This document shows, piece by piece, positions 56,096 to 64,000 of a DNA stretch of 64,000 nt. Position numbers and translations under genes: made by a program. The stretch is from Cyclobacteriaceae bacterium (GTDB taxonomy: Bacteria; Bacteroidota; Bacteroidia; Cytophagales; Cyclobacteriaceae), in the NCBI GenBank assembly GCA_049115815.1, contig JAGDZO010000010.1, positions 180,895 to 244,894 on the forward strand, in the 5' to 3' direction. Position 1 is the first letter of the stretch. Every line of letters begins with the position of its first letter. Under the pieces are notes generated by a model. It was not told the DNA's origin. It worked only from the letters and a program-made list of their open reading frames with translations, and did not search any database.

Positions 56096-57736
56096 ATGGA
56101 TATCAAATTCAATAAAAACGAAGACCTCAATAAAAAGCTTGTTTCTCAGCTCAAACGTAAGCTTCTGAAAGTATCAGAAGGAGGAGGCGCAGGTAAAATA
56201 GACAAGCAACACACTAAGGGTAAACTAACCGCTCGGGAGCGAATCGAATACCTGATTGATGACTCTGATAGTTTTCTGGAAGTAGCTGCATTCGCAGCGG
56301 ATGGTATGTATGAGGAGTGGGGTGGATGCCCTTCTGCAGGGGTGATTGTGGGAATCGGGAAAATTTCTGGCAGACAATGCGTGATTGTGGCCAATGACGC
56401 CACGGTAAAAGCTGGTGCGTGGTTTCCAATGACAGCTAAGAAAAACTTACGCGCTCAGGAGATAGCCATAGAGAATAGGTTGCCCATCGTTTATTTAGTG
56501 GATAGCGCTGGTGTTTTTTTACCTATGCAAGACGAGATCTTTCCTGACAAAGAACATTTTGGGAGGCAGTTTCGCAACAATGCCATCATGTCATCGGAAG
56601 GTATTGTCCAGATAGCCGCTATTATGGGCAGCTGTGTAGCAGGAGGAGCATATCTCCCGATCATGTCTGATGAAGCGCTAATTGTAGACAAGACAGGATC
56701 GATTTTTTTGGCAGGAAGCTATTTGGTCAAATCCGCTATAGGAGAAGAAATAGACAATGAGCAACTCGGTGGTGCCACTACCCATTGTGAAGTGTCTGGA
56801 GTTACCGATAACAAATATGAAAATGACCAGACATGCCTTGATGCCATTAAAAGAACCTTTTCTAGGCTGGGAGAGCAAGAACTAGCAGGATTCAATCGCA
56901 TCGATCCAAAGGATCCAAAGCATGACCCGAATGAGATATTTGGATTGTTTCCTAATGACCGAAACGAGACTTATGATATGGTAAGTATCATTGAGCGACT
57001 TGTGGATGAGTCAGAATTTGAAGAATATAAGCAGGATTATGGAAAGACCTTGATCTGTGGATATGCGAGGATCGAGGGCTGGAGCGTCGGTATAGTGGCC
57101 AATCAAAGACAGGTAGTGAAAAGGAAGAAAAGTGGAGGCGGAACAGAAATGCAGATGGGTGGGGTGATATACAGTGATTCGGCAGACAAAGCAGCTCGCT
57201 TCATTATGAATTGTAACCAGAGAAAAATTCCATTGGTGTTTCTGCATGATGTCAATGGATTTATGGTTGGGAGCAGGTCTGAGCATGGTGGTATTATCAA
57301 GGATGGGGCTAAGATGGTGAATGCGGTTTCTAATTCGGTAGTGCCCAAGTTTAGTATTGTGATGGGTGCTTCTTACGGAGCTGGCAATTATGCTATGTGT
57401 GGCAAGGCCTTTGATCCAAGGTTGATTTATGCTTGGCCCAATGCTCAGATAGCCGTAATGAGTGGAAAATCTGCAGCAAATACGCTTCTTCAAATCAAAA
57501 TATCTTCGTTGAAAGCCAAAGGAGAAGAAATAACGAATGAGGCCAAGTCAAAAATGCTGGAAGAAATACAAGCTACCTATGACGCCAAGCTCAGTCCATA
57601 CTATGCGGCCTCCCAATTGTGGGTAGATGGGATTATTGATCCGCTGGATACACGCAAAGTAATCTCCACCGGAATAGAGGCAGCCAATCATGCGAAAATT
57701 CAGAAGCAAATGAATGTAGGAGTCATTCAAACTTAG
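56096..57736 (+). CDS. Acyl-CoA carboxylase carboxyltransferase (beta) subunit
   Basis: The ATG at 56096 is preferred over the TTG at 56069. It has two crotonase-like CT halves (DATVKAGAW...; GGAYLP; GASYGAGNYAMCG). Substrate specificity (methylcrotonyl- or propionyl-CoA) cannot be told from the sequence. Confidence 0.85.
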   Translation: MDIKFNKNEDLNKKLVSQLKRKLLKVSEGGGAGKIDKQHTKGKLTARERIEYLIDDSDSFLEVAAFAADGMYEEWGGCPSAGVIVGIGKISGRQCVIVANDATVKAGAWFPMTAKKNLRAQEIAIENRLPIVYLVDSAGVFLPMQDEIFPDKEHFGRQFRNNAIMSSEGIVQIAAIMGSCVAGGAYLPIMSDEALIVDKTGSIFLAGSYLVKSAIGEEIDNEQLGGATTHCEVSGVTDNKYENDQTCLDAIKRTFSRLGEQELAGFNRIDPKDPKHDPNEIFGLFPNDRNETYDMVSIIERLVDESEFEEYKQDYGKTLICGYARIEGWSVGIVANQRQVVKRKKSGGGTEMQMGGVIYSDSADKAARFIMNCNQRKIPLVFLHDVNGFMVGSRSEHGGIIKDGAKMVNAVSNSVVPKFSIVMGASYGAGNYAMCGKAFDPRLIYAWPNAQIAVMSGKSAANTLLQIKISSLKAKGEEITNEAKSKMLEEIQATYDAKLSPYYAASQLWVDGIIDPLDTRKVISTGIEAANHAKIQKQMNVGVIQT

Positions 57737-57789
57737 CTGACAGGTGACGATTTATCTTTAATTTCGTCACAACGAAAAACAATTAAATT

Positions 57790-58644
57790 TTGATCAAAGA
57801 CAGTGAATTGAAGGCGTTGATTACCCTTCTAGAAGATGAAGATGATGAGATTGTGACCCATGTGGAGCAAAAGCTCATGGAAATCGGCACAAGTGTGATT
57901 CCGTTGTTGGAGGAGGAGTGGGAGACAAATTTTAATCCTTTGATCCAAACGCGAATTGAAGATTTGATTCATACCCTTCAGTTTGAGCTACTTCAAGAGC
58001 GTTTGATAGATTGGAAAGAGCATAGAGAAGAGGATCTCCTAGAAGGCCTGTGGGTTTTGGCTACCTATCAGTACCCCGATCTTGATATTGAAGAGCTAAG
58101 ACAAGATTTTCACCAATTCTATATTGATGTCTGGAGGGAATTTAGAGATCAGATGGCACCATTTGATCAGGTGAGATTGATCAATAGCATTCTTTTTGAG
58201 AAGTTTAGGTTTAGGGCCAACACTAAAAATTTCCACAGCCCAGCTAATAGCATGATCAACGCTGTTCTAGAGTCGAAGAAAGGAAATCCTATTTCCCTTT
58301 GTTCTATTTATATGTTGATTGCTCGCAAGTTGGAATTACCTATTCATGGAGTAAATCTTCCCAACCTCTTTATTCTTAAGTATCAAACTGAGACTACTGA
58401 GTTTTATATCAACGTTTTCAACAAAGGGCTGATTTTTTCAAGAGAGGATATTGACAATTACCTGGAGCAATTGGACATAGCTCCTCAAGACTTATTCTAT
58501 GAGCCTTGCACCAATCTAGATATTATTGTCAGGTCTATCCGTAACCTGATGGTATCCTTTGAAAAACTTGGTGATTACCAGAGAACTGATGAATTGAAAA
58601 TGGTAATTGAGCGCTTGGACAAAAACCTGATGAATCCAGAATGA
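57790..58644 (+). CDS. Transglutaminase-like / SirB1 (UPF0162) family protein
   Basis: 284 aa with a TTG start and no nearby ATG. The core PANSMINAVLESKKGNPISLCSIYMLIARKLELPIHGVNLPNLFILKY matches the SirB1 N-terminal transglutaminase-like pattern. Confidence 0.65.
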   Translation: MIKDSELKALITLLEDEDDEIVTHVEQKLMEIGTSVIPLLEEEWETNFNPLIQTRIEDLIHTLQFELLQERLIDWKEHREEDLLEGLWVLATYQYPDLDIEELRQDFHQFYIDVWREFRDQMAPFDQVRLINSILFEKFRFRANTKNFHSPANSMINAVLESKKGNPISLCSIYMLIARKLELPIHGVNLPNLFILKYQTETTEFYINVFNKGLIFSREDIDNYLEQLDIAPQDLFYEPCTNLDIIVRSIRNLMVSFEKLGDYQRTDELKMVIERLDKNLMNPE

Positions 58645-58645
58645 A

Positions 58646-59251
58646 TCAGAAACTATAGGCTAGATAATAGTCTTTTAGCTTTTCAAAACGGATTTTGTAA
58701 TGTCCTTCAAAATTTTGCTTAAGGATAATCCCATTCATGAGGTCGGACTCTTCAAATTCTATGATCATCTCATCCTTTAGGCTGAGTTTTCTTCTTCCAT
58801 GGATTTTGTACAACACCTCTTTTCCGCACCATATAGCACATAGTTTATCCATATTGTCACGATAGCTGGTCTCACTTGGGTGGAGGAACTTGTCCTGAAT
58901 TGAAATGAGTTTTTCACGAGTACGCTCGAGATCTATACCGCACGGGTTGTGAATATTGATAATAGCTGCAGCCATAGGAAACGAGTGAGAAATTGAAATT
59001 TGGGCAGTTGATCCTTTGAGGAATGGTTTACCTGCTTCATTTGGTTCCATGCCCCTATACTTAATATCGAATTGTGCGCAGAGATTCTGTACCAAGATCC
59101 TACCCACCATCCATTCAGCCAAACGAGTAGGGTGCATTCCTTGGGGTGTTTTTTCTCCTATTCGGAGCAAAAGGTCATCATTGATTTCTTGAATATTCCA
59201 TACTGCATAAGCTGAGTATGGTGAAATTGGTTTCGATAACAGTAAAGGCAT
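58646..59251 (-). CDS. Sfp-type 4'-phosphopantetheinyl transferase
   Basis: 201 aa with GKPFL, ISISHS, GIDLER and WCGKEVLYK motifs. Confidence 0.75.
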   Translation of the reverse strand: MPLLLSKPISPYSAYAVWNIQEINDDLLLRIGEKTPQGMHPTRLAEWMVGRILVQNLCAQFDIKYRGMEPNEAGKPFLKGSTAQISISHSFPMAAAIINIHNPCGIDLERTREKLISIQDKFLHPSETSYRDNMDKLCAIWCGKEVLYKIHGRRKLSLKDEMIIEFEESDLMNGIILKQNFEGHYKIRFEKLKDYYLAYSF

Positions 59252-59298
59252 GGTTTGTTCTAATCTCCGATGTTTAATTTTACGTCAAAATTTCCACA

Positions 59299-60207
59299 AT
59301 GAATCGAATAAGCGTACAAAAACAACATCACCTCACTGGTCATAAGGATTCTTTGTACGCATTATGCGCTCTTGATGACCAGCGTTTTTTTTCTGCAGGG
59401 GGTGACGGGATGGTGGTTCTTTGGGACTTAGCTAATCCAGAGACAGGCCAGATGATACTCAACGTGCCTACTAGTGTTTATGCACTCAAGTACCATTCAG
59501 AGAAGGAACTTTTGGTTGTTGGACAAAATTTCAGCGGCATTCATTTGGTAGATATAGCTTCAAAAAAGGAATTAAAATCAGTTGCCCTGACGAAGGGAAG
59601 AATTTTTGATATTCAAACAACGGATCGCACAATATATGTATGCACCGAAGAAGGAGAGCTCATTTTGCTTAGCTGGGAATTGGAAATATTGAAGCGTGTG
59701 AAAGCGGGGGAGAAAAGCATTCGATGTATCGCCGTTCATGAAGTTAGGAAAGAATTGGCCATAGGTACTAGTGATAATACGATTAAAGTATTTGATCTAG
59801 ATCTTAACCAGAAGCATGTATTTCAGGCGCATGATATATCCGTTTTTACTGTTAAATATCATCCAGAACTGCCGCTTTTGATTAGCGCTAGCCGAGACGC
59901 CAAATTCAAAACGTGGGATATTGATAATGGATATAAACTCGTAGAAAAGGTGTCAGCTCATATGTATGCCATCAATCACATTGAGTTTGCCCCTTTCAAT
60001 GATTGGTTTGCTACTTGTAGTATGGATAAATCCATCAAGGTATGGGATAGTAGCCAATTTAAGTTGTTGAAAGTAATAGATAAAGCACGCCATGCTGGTC
60101 ATGCTACTTCCGTCAATAAACTCCTTTGGATGAATTATCGCAATTGGTTAGTATCTTGTAGCGATGATCGCACCCTTTCGGTTTGGGAAGTTCAGAGAGA
60201 AGATTAA
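59299..60207 (+). CDS. WD40 repeat (beta-propeller) protein
   Basis: 302 aa with about 7 repeats ending in WD-like dipeptides (VVLWDL, IKVFDL, FKTWDI, IKVWDS, LSVWEV). Confidence 0.8.
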   Translation: MNRISVQKQHHLTGHKDSLYALCALDDQRFFSAGGDGMVVLWDLANPETGQMILNVPTSVYALKYHSEKELLVVGQNFSGIHLVDIASKKELKSVALTKGRIFDIQTTDRTIYVCTEEGELILLSWELEILKRVKAGEKSIRCIAVHEVRKELAIGTSDNTIKVFDLDLNQKHVFQAHDISVFTVKYHPELPLLISASRDAKFKTWDIDNGYKLVEKVSAHMYAINHIEFAPFNDWFATCSMDKSIKVWDSSQFKLLKVIDKARHAGHATSVNKLLWMNYRNWLVSCSDDRTLSVWEVQRED

Positions 60208-60219
60208 TTTTTGCATCAT

Positions 60220-60999
60220 ATGAAGATTACGCCATTAGAGATTCGTCAAAAAGCCTTTGAGAAGAAACTTAGAGGATATGATAAAGATGAAGTGAATGCT
60301 TTTCTAGTTTCTCTTTCTAATGAGTGGGAAAGGATTCAGGATGACAATAAAGAACTCAGGATCAAATTGGCGCAAGCCGAGAAAGAAGTTCAAAAGCTGC
60401 GAGAGGTAGAGAGTTCACTATTTAAAACACTCAAGACCGCAGAAGATACAGGTGCCAACCTGGTAGATCAAGCTAATAAAGCAGCCGAACTACATCTCAA
60501 AGAAACTCAAATGAACGCTGATGCCATGATGAGTGAGGCTAAATCAAAAGCCAAAAATATCATTGAAAAGGCTGAAATGGAGGCTAGGAATTTGATTGAG
60601 GAAATGCAAGATGCTGTCAAAGACTTGCAGCAGAACTATAAAGCGCTGGAAAATCATCGGGATAATATCACTGGTGAATTGAGGAACCTCGCGGATGATA
60701 TTCACGAACGCATCAAGCGGTCAGCTAATCAGCAGCCAGCGTTTAAGATGGAGGATCATACTAAGAAGGTGAAAGCTATGATGCGAGAGTCCGAAGATTG
60801 GATCAACAAAGAAAAACTGGAAGTAAAGCCAGTAAAGATGACACCTTTGACGCAAGAGGGCTTGGCAGCTGGTGACAAGCCGAAACCGAGAAAATCAGAG
60901 GAACAGAAAAATGTCGCTCGTTCAGAAAAGAAAGTTTCGGCACCAAAGGAGCAAGCTACTTCAGAGCCTAAGGGCTCGTTTTTTGACGAGATCGATTGA
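60220..60999 (+). CDS. DivIVA domain protein
   Basis: The ATG at 60220 gives MKITPLEIRQKAFEKKLRGYDKDEVNAFL, a canonical DivIVA N-terminal domain. It is followed by a coiled coil and a Lys/Pro-rich tail. Confidence 0.8.
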   Translation: MKITPLEIRQKAFEKKLRGYDKDEVNAFLVSLSNEWERIQDDNKELRIKLAQAEKEVQKLREVESSLFKTLKTAEDTGANLVDQANKAAELHLKETQMNADAMMSEAKSKAKNIIEKAEMEARNLIEEMQDAVKDLQQNYKALENHRDNITGELRNLADDIHERIKRSANQQPAFKMEDHTKKVKAMMRESEDWINKEKLEVKPVKMTPLTQEGLAAGDKPKPRKSEEQKNVARSEKKVSAPKEQATSEPKGSFFDEID

Positions 61000-61352
61000 T
61001 GGTAGGGAGTATTAGTTTAGAAGGGATGGAGTTTTATGCCCATCACGGATTTTACCCAGAAGAACGCATCATTGGCAACAAGTACGAGGTAAGCGTCAAT
61101 TTAGAAGTGGACTTTCAAGAAGCTGCCGATCATGACAGCTTAGAAGGTACCATCAATTATGAAACGATCTATGATGAAGTAAAAAACATCATGAGCGTAG
61201 AGACAAAACTCCTAGAGCACATCGCTGCGAAAATAATTTCGAGATTAAAGAAGTCTTTCCCTCAATTAGTCTCCGTTGAAGTGAGCGTCAGCAAGCTCAA
61301 TCCGCCCATCAAAGGGTTGTGTAAGAGAGCGACAGTTACTTTGGCTGGATAG
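60999..61352 (+). CDS. folB: Dihydroneopterin aldolase
   Basis: 117 aa from the ATG at 60999, which overlaps the DivIVA stop (TGATG). It has GMEFYAHHGFYPEERIIGNKYEVSV and NYETIY motifs. Confidence 0.88.
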   Translation: MVGSISLEGMEFYAHHGFYPEERIIGNKYEVSVNLEVDFQEAADHDSLEGTINYETIYDEVKNIMSVETKLLEHIAAKIISRLKKSFPQLVSVEVSVSKLNPPIKGLCKRATVTLAG

Positions 61353-61641
61353 TAGAAGGATCTACAAACACAAAACCTCGAGCATCAGACCCTTCATAGA
61401 AATCTACTTGCTTACCAACTAAAAACATAAGTTCACCCTTCTGAATAAATACCGGGATATCACCGACTTGAAAAGTCTTATCATTGGCTTTTTCCTTATC
61501 AAAACCCAACACAAAAGAAACACTACATCCTCCTCCTTTTACACCTATCCGCAGACCATACTCACTTGGAATGTTTTTATTCTCCATGATGTGATTGATC
61601 TCTTTCTGAGCTTGTTTCGTTATCTCTATCGGTAGGTTCAT
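61336..61641 (-). CDS. HesB/IscA-like A-type carrier homologue lacking the C-terminal Cys pair
   Basis: 101 aa. It keeps GVKGGGCSVSFVLGFD (the first Cys) but ends ...GFVFVDPSTIQPK without the usual CGCG motif. Its 3' end overlaps the folB 3' end by 17 nt (convergent). Confidence 0.65.
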   Translation of the reverse strand: MNLPIEITKQAQKEINHIMENKNIPSEYGLRIGVKGGGCSVSFVLGFDKEKANDKTFQVGDIPVFIQKGELMFLVGKQVDFYEGSDARGFVFVDPSTIQPK

Positions 61642-61689
61642 TTCGCCAAAGAAAATACTTATTTTTGATCTTACGATAACGACTAAAAA

Positions 61690-62211
61690 ATGGAGATGGT
61701 TTACGACCTGTTGAAAATAACGATTCCAGGTGTTTTGATTTTATATACTGCGTATTTGCTCGTGCGATCATTTTTGCAGAAGCAATTAGATGAAGTGCAT
61801 TTAAACCTTCGTCATAAGAATCAAGAAATAGTTACGCCTATAAGACTACAGGCATACGAACGAGTTTGCCTTTTGCTCGAGCGTATCTCTCCCAACAACA
61901 TTATTCCGAGGCTTAATGGCCCTGAAATGAGTGCAAAAGAACTTCAAGGGGCATTGATTTCGGAGATTAGGAGTGAATTTAGTCATAACTTATCGCAGCA
62001 AGTTTATATGTCTGAAGATGCCTGGATGTATGTGTCAGGTGCCGTAGAACAGTTGATCTCGTTGATTAATGAGTCGGCCAATGAGCTCACCGAGCAGGCC
62101 AAAAGCTTCGATTTGGCTCGTACTATTTTCGAGAAATCCATGCAAAATGAGCAGGATACAGTAAGAGGGGCGCAAAGTTTTGTCAAAAATGAAATCAAAG
62201 AATTGTTTTGA
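61690..62211 (+). CDS. Hypothetical membrane-anchored protein
   Basis: 173 aa with one N-terminal TM helix (ITIPGVLILYTAYLLV) and a helical remainder. No motif was recognised. Confidence 0.5.
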   Translation: MEMVYDLLKITIPGVLILYTAYLLVRSFLQKQLDEVHLNLRHKNQEIVTPIRLQAYERVCLLLERISPNNIIPRLNGPEMSAKELQGALISEIRSEFSHNLSQQVYMSEDAWMYVSGAVEQLISLINESANELTEQAKSFDLARTIFEKSMQNEQDTVRGAQSFVKNEIKELF

Positions 62212-62618
62212 CCAAGAAGAAGAGAATTGATAAGATATTAGCGAAAGCCAAAACCACGGTCACTCAAAACGAGCGTGTCAAGACTTTATTGAGTGAGGTA
62301 CGCGACAGGATCGATTCTTTAAGTCAGAATTCGGAAGAGCGTTCATCTTTTGTAAACCAAGTGCTGATAGTTGTGCGAATGATCAAAGCACATTACAATA
62401 AAGAGTACACGGCATTCTCCGCTACTACCATATTATCTCTGGTGTTCTCAATGGTTTATTTTATTACGCCAATTGATCTCATACCAGACTTTATTCCTGC
62501 TCTTGGACTGACGGATGATATTTCATTGTTCTACTTCATTTTTAAAAACCTTGCTGAAGATATTTCAGCGTTCAAAGATTGGGAAGAAGGTATTGATGAA
62601 GAATTGGAAGAAGCTTAG
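62208..62618 (+). CDS. DUF1232 (YkvA-like) membrane protein
   Basis: 136 aa with a TTG start overlapping the upstream stop (TTGA). The motif ITPIDLIPDFIPALGLTDD is typical of DUF1232. Confidence 0.65.
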   Translation: MTKKKRIDKILAKAKTTVTQNERVKTLLSEVRDRIDSLSQNSEERSSFVNQVLIVVRMIKAHYNKEYTAFSATTILSLVFSMVYFITPIDLIPDFIPALGLTDDISLFYFIFKNLAEDISAFKDWEEGIDEELEEA

Positions 62619-62626
62619 GTTGATCC

Positions 62627-63076
62627 ATGATTGCAGTTCTCCAAAGAGTTTCTGAAGCAAGCGTCACCATAGCAGGAGACCTCAAATCCAAGATAGGGCT
62701 TGGCTTGTTGATTTTAGTTGGCATTGAAGAGGCTGACAATGAAGAAGACATTTCGTGGTTGGCCAAGAAACTGGTCAATATGAGGATTTTCTCAGATGAG
62801 GAGGATAAAATGAATCTTAGCTTGATGGATGTGGAGGGAGAAATGCTGGTGGTGAGCCAGTTTACGCTTCATGCTTTGACCAAAAAGGGCAATCGGCCAT
62901 CTTATATTAAGGCCGCCAGACCCGAGATGGCGATTCCACTTTATGAAAATTTTATAGAACACCTTAGAACCTTCGGTAGACCTGTGGGTACTGGTGAATT
63001 TGGCGCTGATATGAAAGTCGGTATGATAAACGATGGGCCGGTTACTATTATTATTGACTCTAAAAATAGGCAATAA
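62627..63076 (+). CDS. dtd: D-aminoacyl-tRNA deacylase
   Basis: 149 aa with MIAVLQRVSEASV, SQFTL and a GPVT-containing C-terminus. Confidence 0.93.
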   Translation: MIAVLQRVSEASVTIAGDLKSKIGLGLLILVGIEEADNEEDISWLAKKLVNMRIFSDEEDKMNLSLMDVEGEMLVVSQFTLHALTKKGNRPSYIKAARPEMAIPLYENFIEHLRTFGRPVGTGEFGADMKVGMINDGPVTIIIDSKNRQ

Positions 63077-63151
63077 CAACGCTCTCCTTTTAGGATTAAA
63101 GGCTCATTATTAACCCTTCTTTGTACTACCTTTGCCGACTTTTAAAACTGT

Positions 63152-64000
63152 ATGGATCACTATAGAAACTTCTGTATTATCGCTCACATTGATCATGGAA
63201 AGAGCACGCTTGCTGATCGTTTGATTCAGTCTACAGAGACTGTATCAGCACGTAATATGCAGGCTCAATTGCTTGATGATATGGATTTGGAGCGTGAGAG
63301 AGGTATTACCATCAAGAGTCACGCGATTCAGATGTATTATCCTTATAAAGGAGTTCCTCACACCTTGAATCTAATAGACACTCCAGGTCATGTGGATTTT
63401 TCCTATGAAGTTTCACGGAGTATTGCTGCATGCGAAGGGGCATTGCTCGTGGTAGATGCCGCGCAGGGGATCGAGGCACAGACCATATCAAATTTGTATC
63501 TGGCCCTTGAACATGACCTTGAAGTGATCCCGGTTCTCAATAAAATTGATCTTCCGGGAGCTATGATAGAAGAGGTCTCGGATCAGATCATAGATTTGAT
63601 TGGCTGTGAAAGAGAAGATATTATTCATGCCAGCGCTAAAGAAGGAATTGGTATTGCCGAGATTCTTGAGGCCGTTGTGGAGCGAATACCAGCGCCAAAA
63701 GGAGACGTAGATGAGCCACTACAGGCCATGATTTTTGATTCTGTATTCAATACTTATAGAGGTATTGAAGTTTTCTTTAGAGTATTTAACGGCACACTTA
63801 AGAAAGGTGATAGCGTCAAATTTGTAAATACAGGTAAAACCTACGATGCAGATGAAATTGGGGTGCTCAGATTTGAGCACGAACCAAAGAACGAGATTTC
63901 TGCTGGGAATGTGGGTTATTTGATCTCTGGTATTAAAGTGGCCAAGGAAGTGAAAGTGGGTGACACCATTACTCACGTAGAGCGTCCGACTCAAAAGTTG
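63152..64000 (+). CDS. lepA: Elongation factor 4 (LepA), 5' portion running off the window
   Basis: Hand translation from the ATG at 63152 gives [24 protein letters not shown]...[16 protein letters not shown]...NKIDLPGA. The frame stays open for 283 codons to the window edge, and it is missing from the ORF track because no stop is reached. Confidence 0.95.
   Translation, partial: MDHYRNFCIIAHIDHGKSTLADRLIQSTETVSARNMQAQLLDDMDLERERGITIKSHAIQMYYPYKGVPHTLNLIDTPGHVDFSYEVSRSIAACEGALLVVDAAQGIEAQTISNLYLALEHDLEVIPVLNKIDLPGAMIEEVSDQIIDLIGCEREDIIHASAKEGIGIAEILEAVVERIPAPKGDVDEPLQAMIFDSVFNTYRGIEVFFRVFNGTLKKGDSVKFVNTGKTYDADEIGVLRFEHEPKNEISAGNVGYLISGIKVAKEVKVGDTITHVERPTQKL

Noticed and set aside
1-64000. 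Search for tRNA, rRNA, tmRNA/SRP/6S-type RNAs, CRISPR arrays, IS elements, integrases or prophage genes.
   Set aside because: No intergenic gap exceeds about 240 nt. None contains a cloverleaf-like or conserved SRP/tmRNA sequence that I could recognise. There are no regularly spaced direct repeats and no transposase- or integrase-like ORF. The scan was by eye only, so a covariance-model scan (Infernal/tRNAscan) would be the proper check.

Overview
This 64-kb window looks like a gene-dense chromosomal core region of a Bacteroidota genome, probably Cytophagia- or Flavobacteriia-like. Three things support that: TAnnTTTG-type -7 boxes, an rplM-rpsI-rpsB-tsf arrangement, and a roughly 930-aa LptD-like protein. 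I call about 68 protein genes. Most are housekeeping: uvrB, leuA, rny, zapA, pheT, rpsT, tsf, rpsB, rpsI, rplM, recA, queA, ispD, ettA, aroA, aroB, aroE, lysS, murI, oxyR, folB, dtd, and the 5' part of lepA, which runs off the right edge and is missing from the ORF track. I found no rRNA, tRNA, CRISPR array, transposase, integrase or phage-like genes, and no compositional island visible by eye. I do not see a clear-cut novel multi-gene system. The candidates most worth a second look are: (1) an ArsS-type radical SAM plus CMD-fold peroxidase-like pair, with a trailing lipoprotein and an upstream perfect palindrome, wedged between shikimate genes with no arsenite methyltransferase in the window; (2) a phosphosulfolactate synthase (ComA) gene translationally coupled to a DUF368 membrane protein, downstream of a Wzc/CpsB tyrosine kinase-phosphatase pair; (3) an unlisted 52-codon zinc-ribbon membrane ORF between ettA and a DUF72 gene; (4) an OxyR gene divergent from a cysteine-free redoxin-like secreted protein; (5) a two-component system whose kinase gene overlaps an RluA-family pseudouridine synthase gene just upstream of the ribosomal protein operon. 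All family assignments come from motif recognition by eye. No searches were run.
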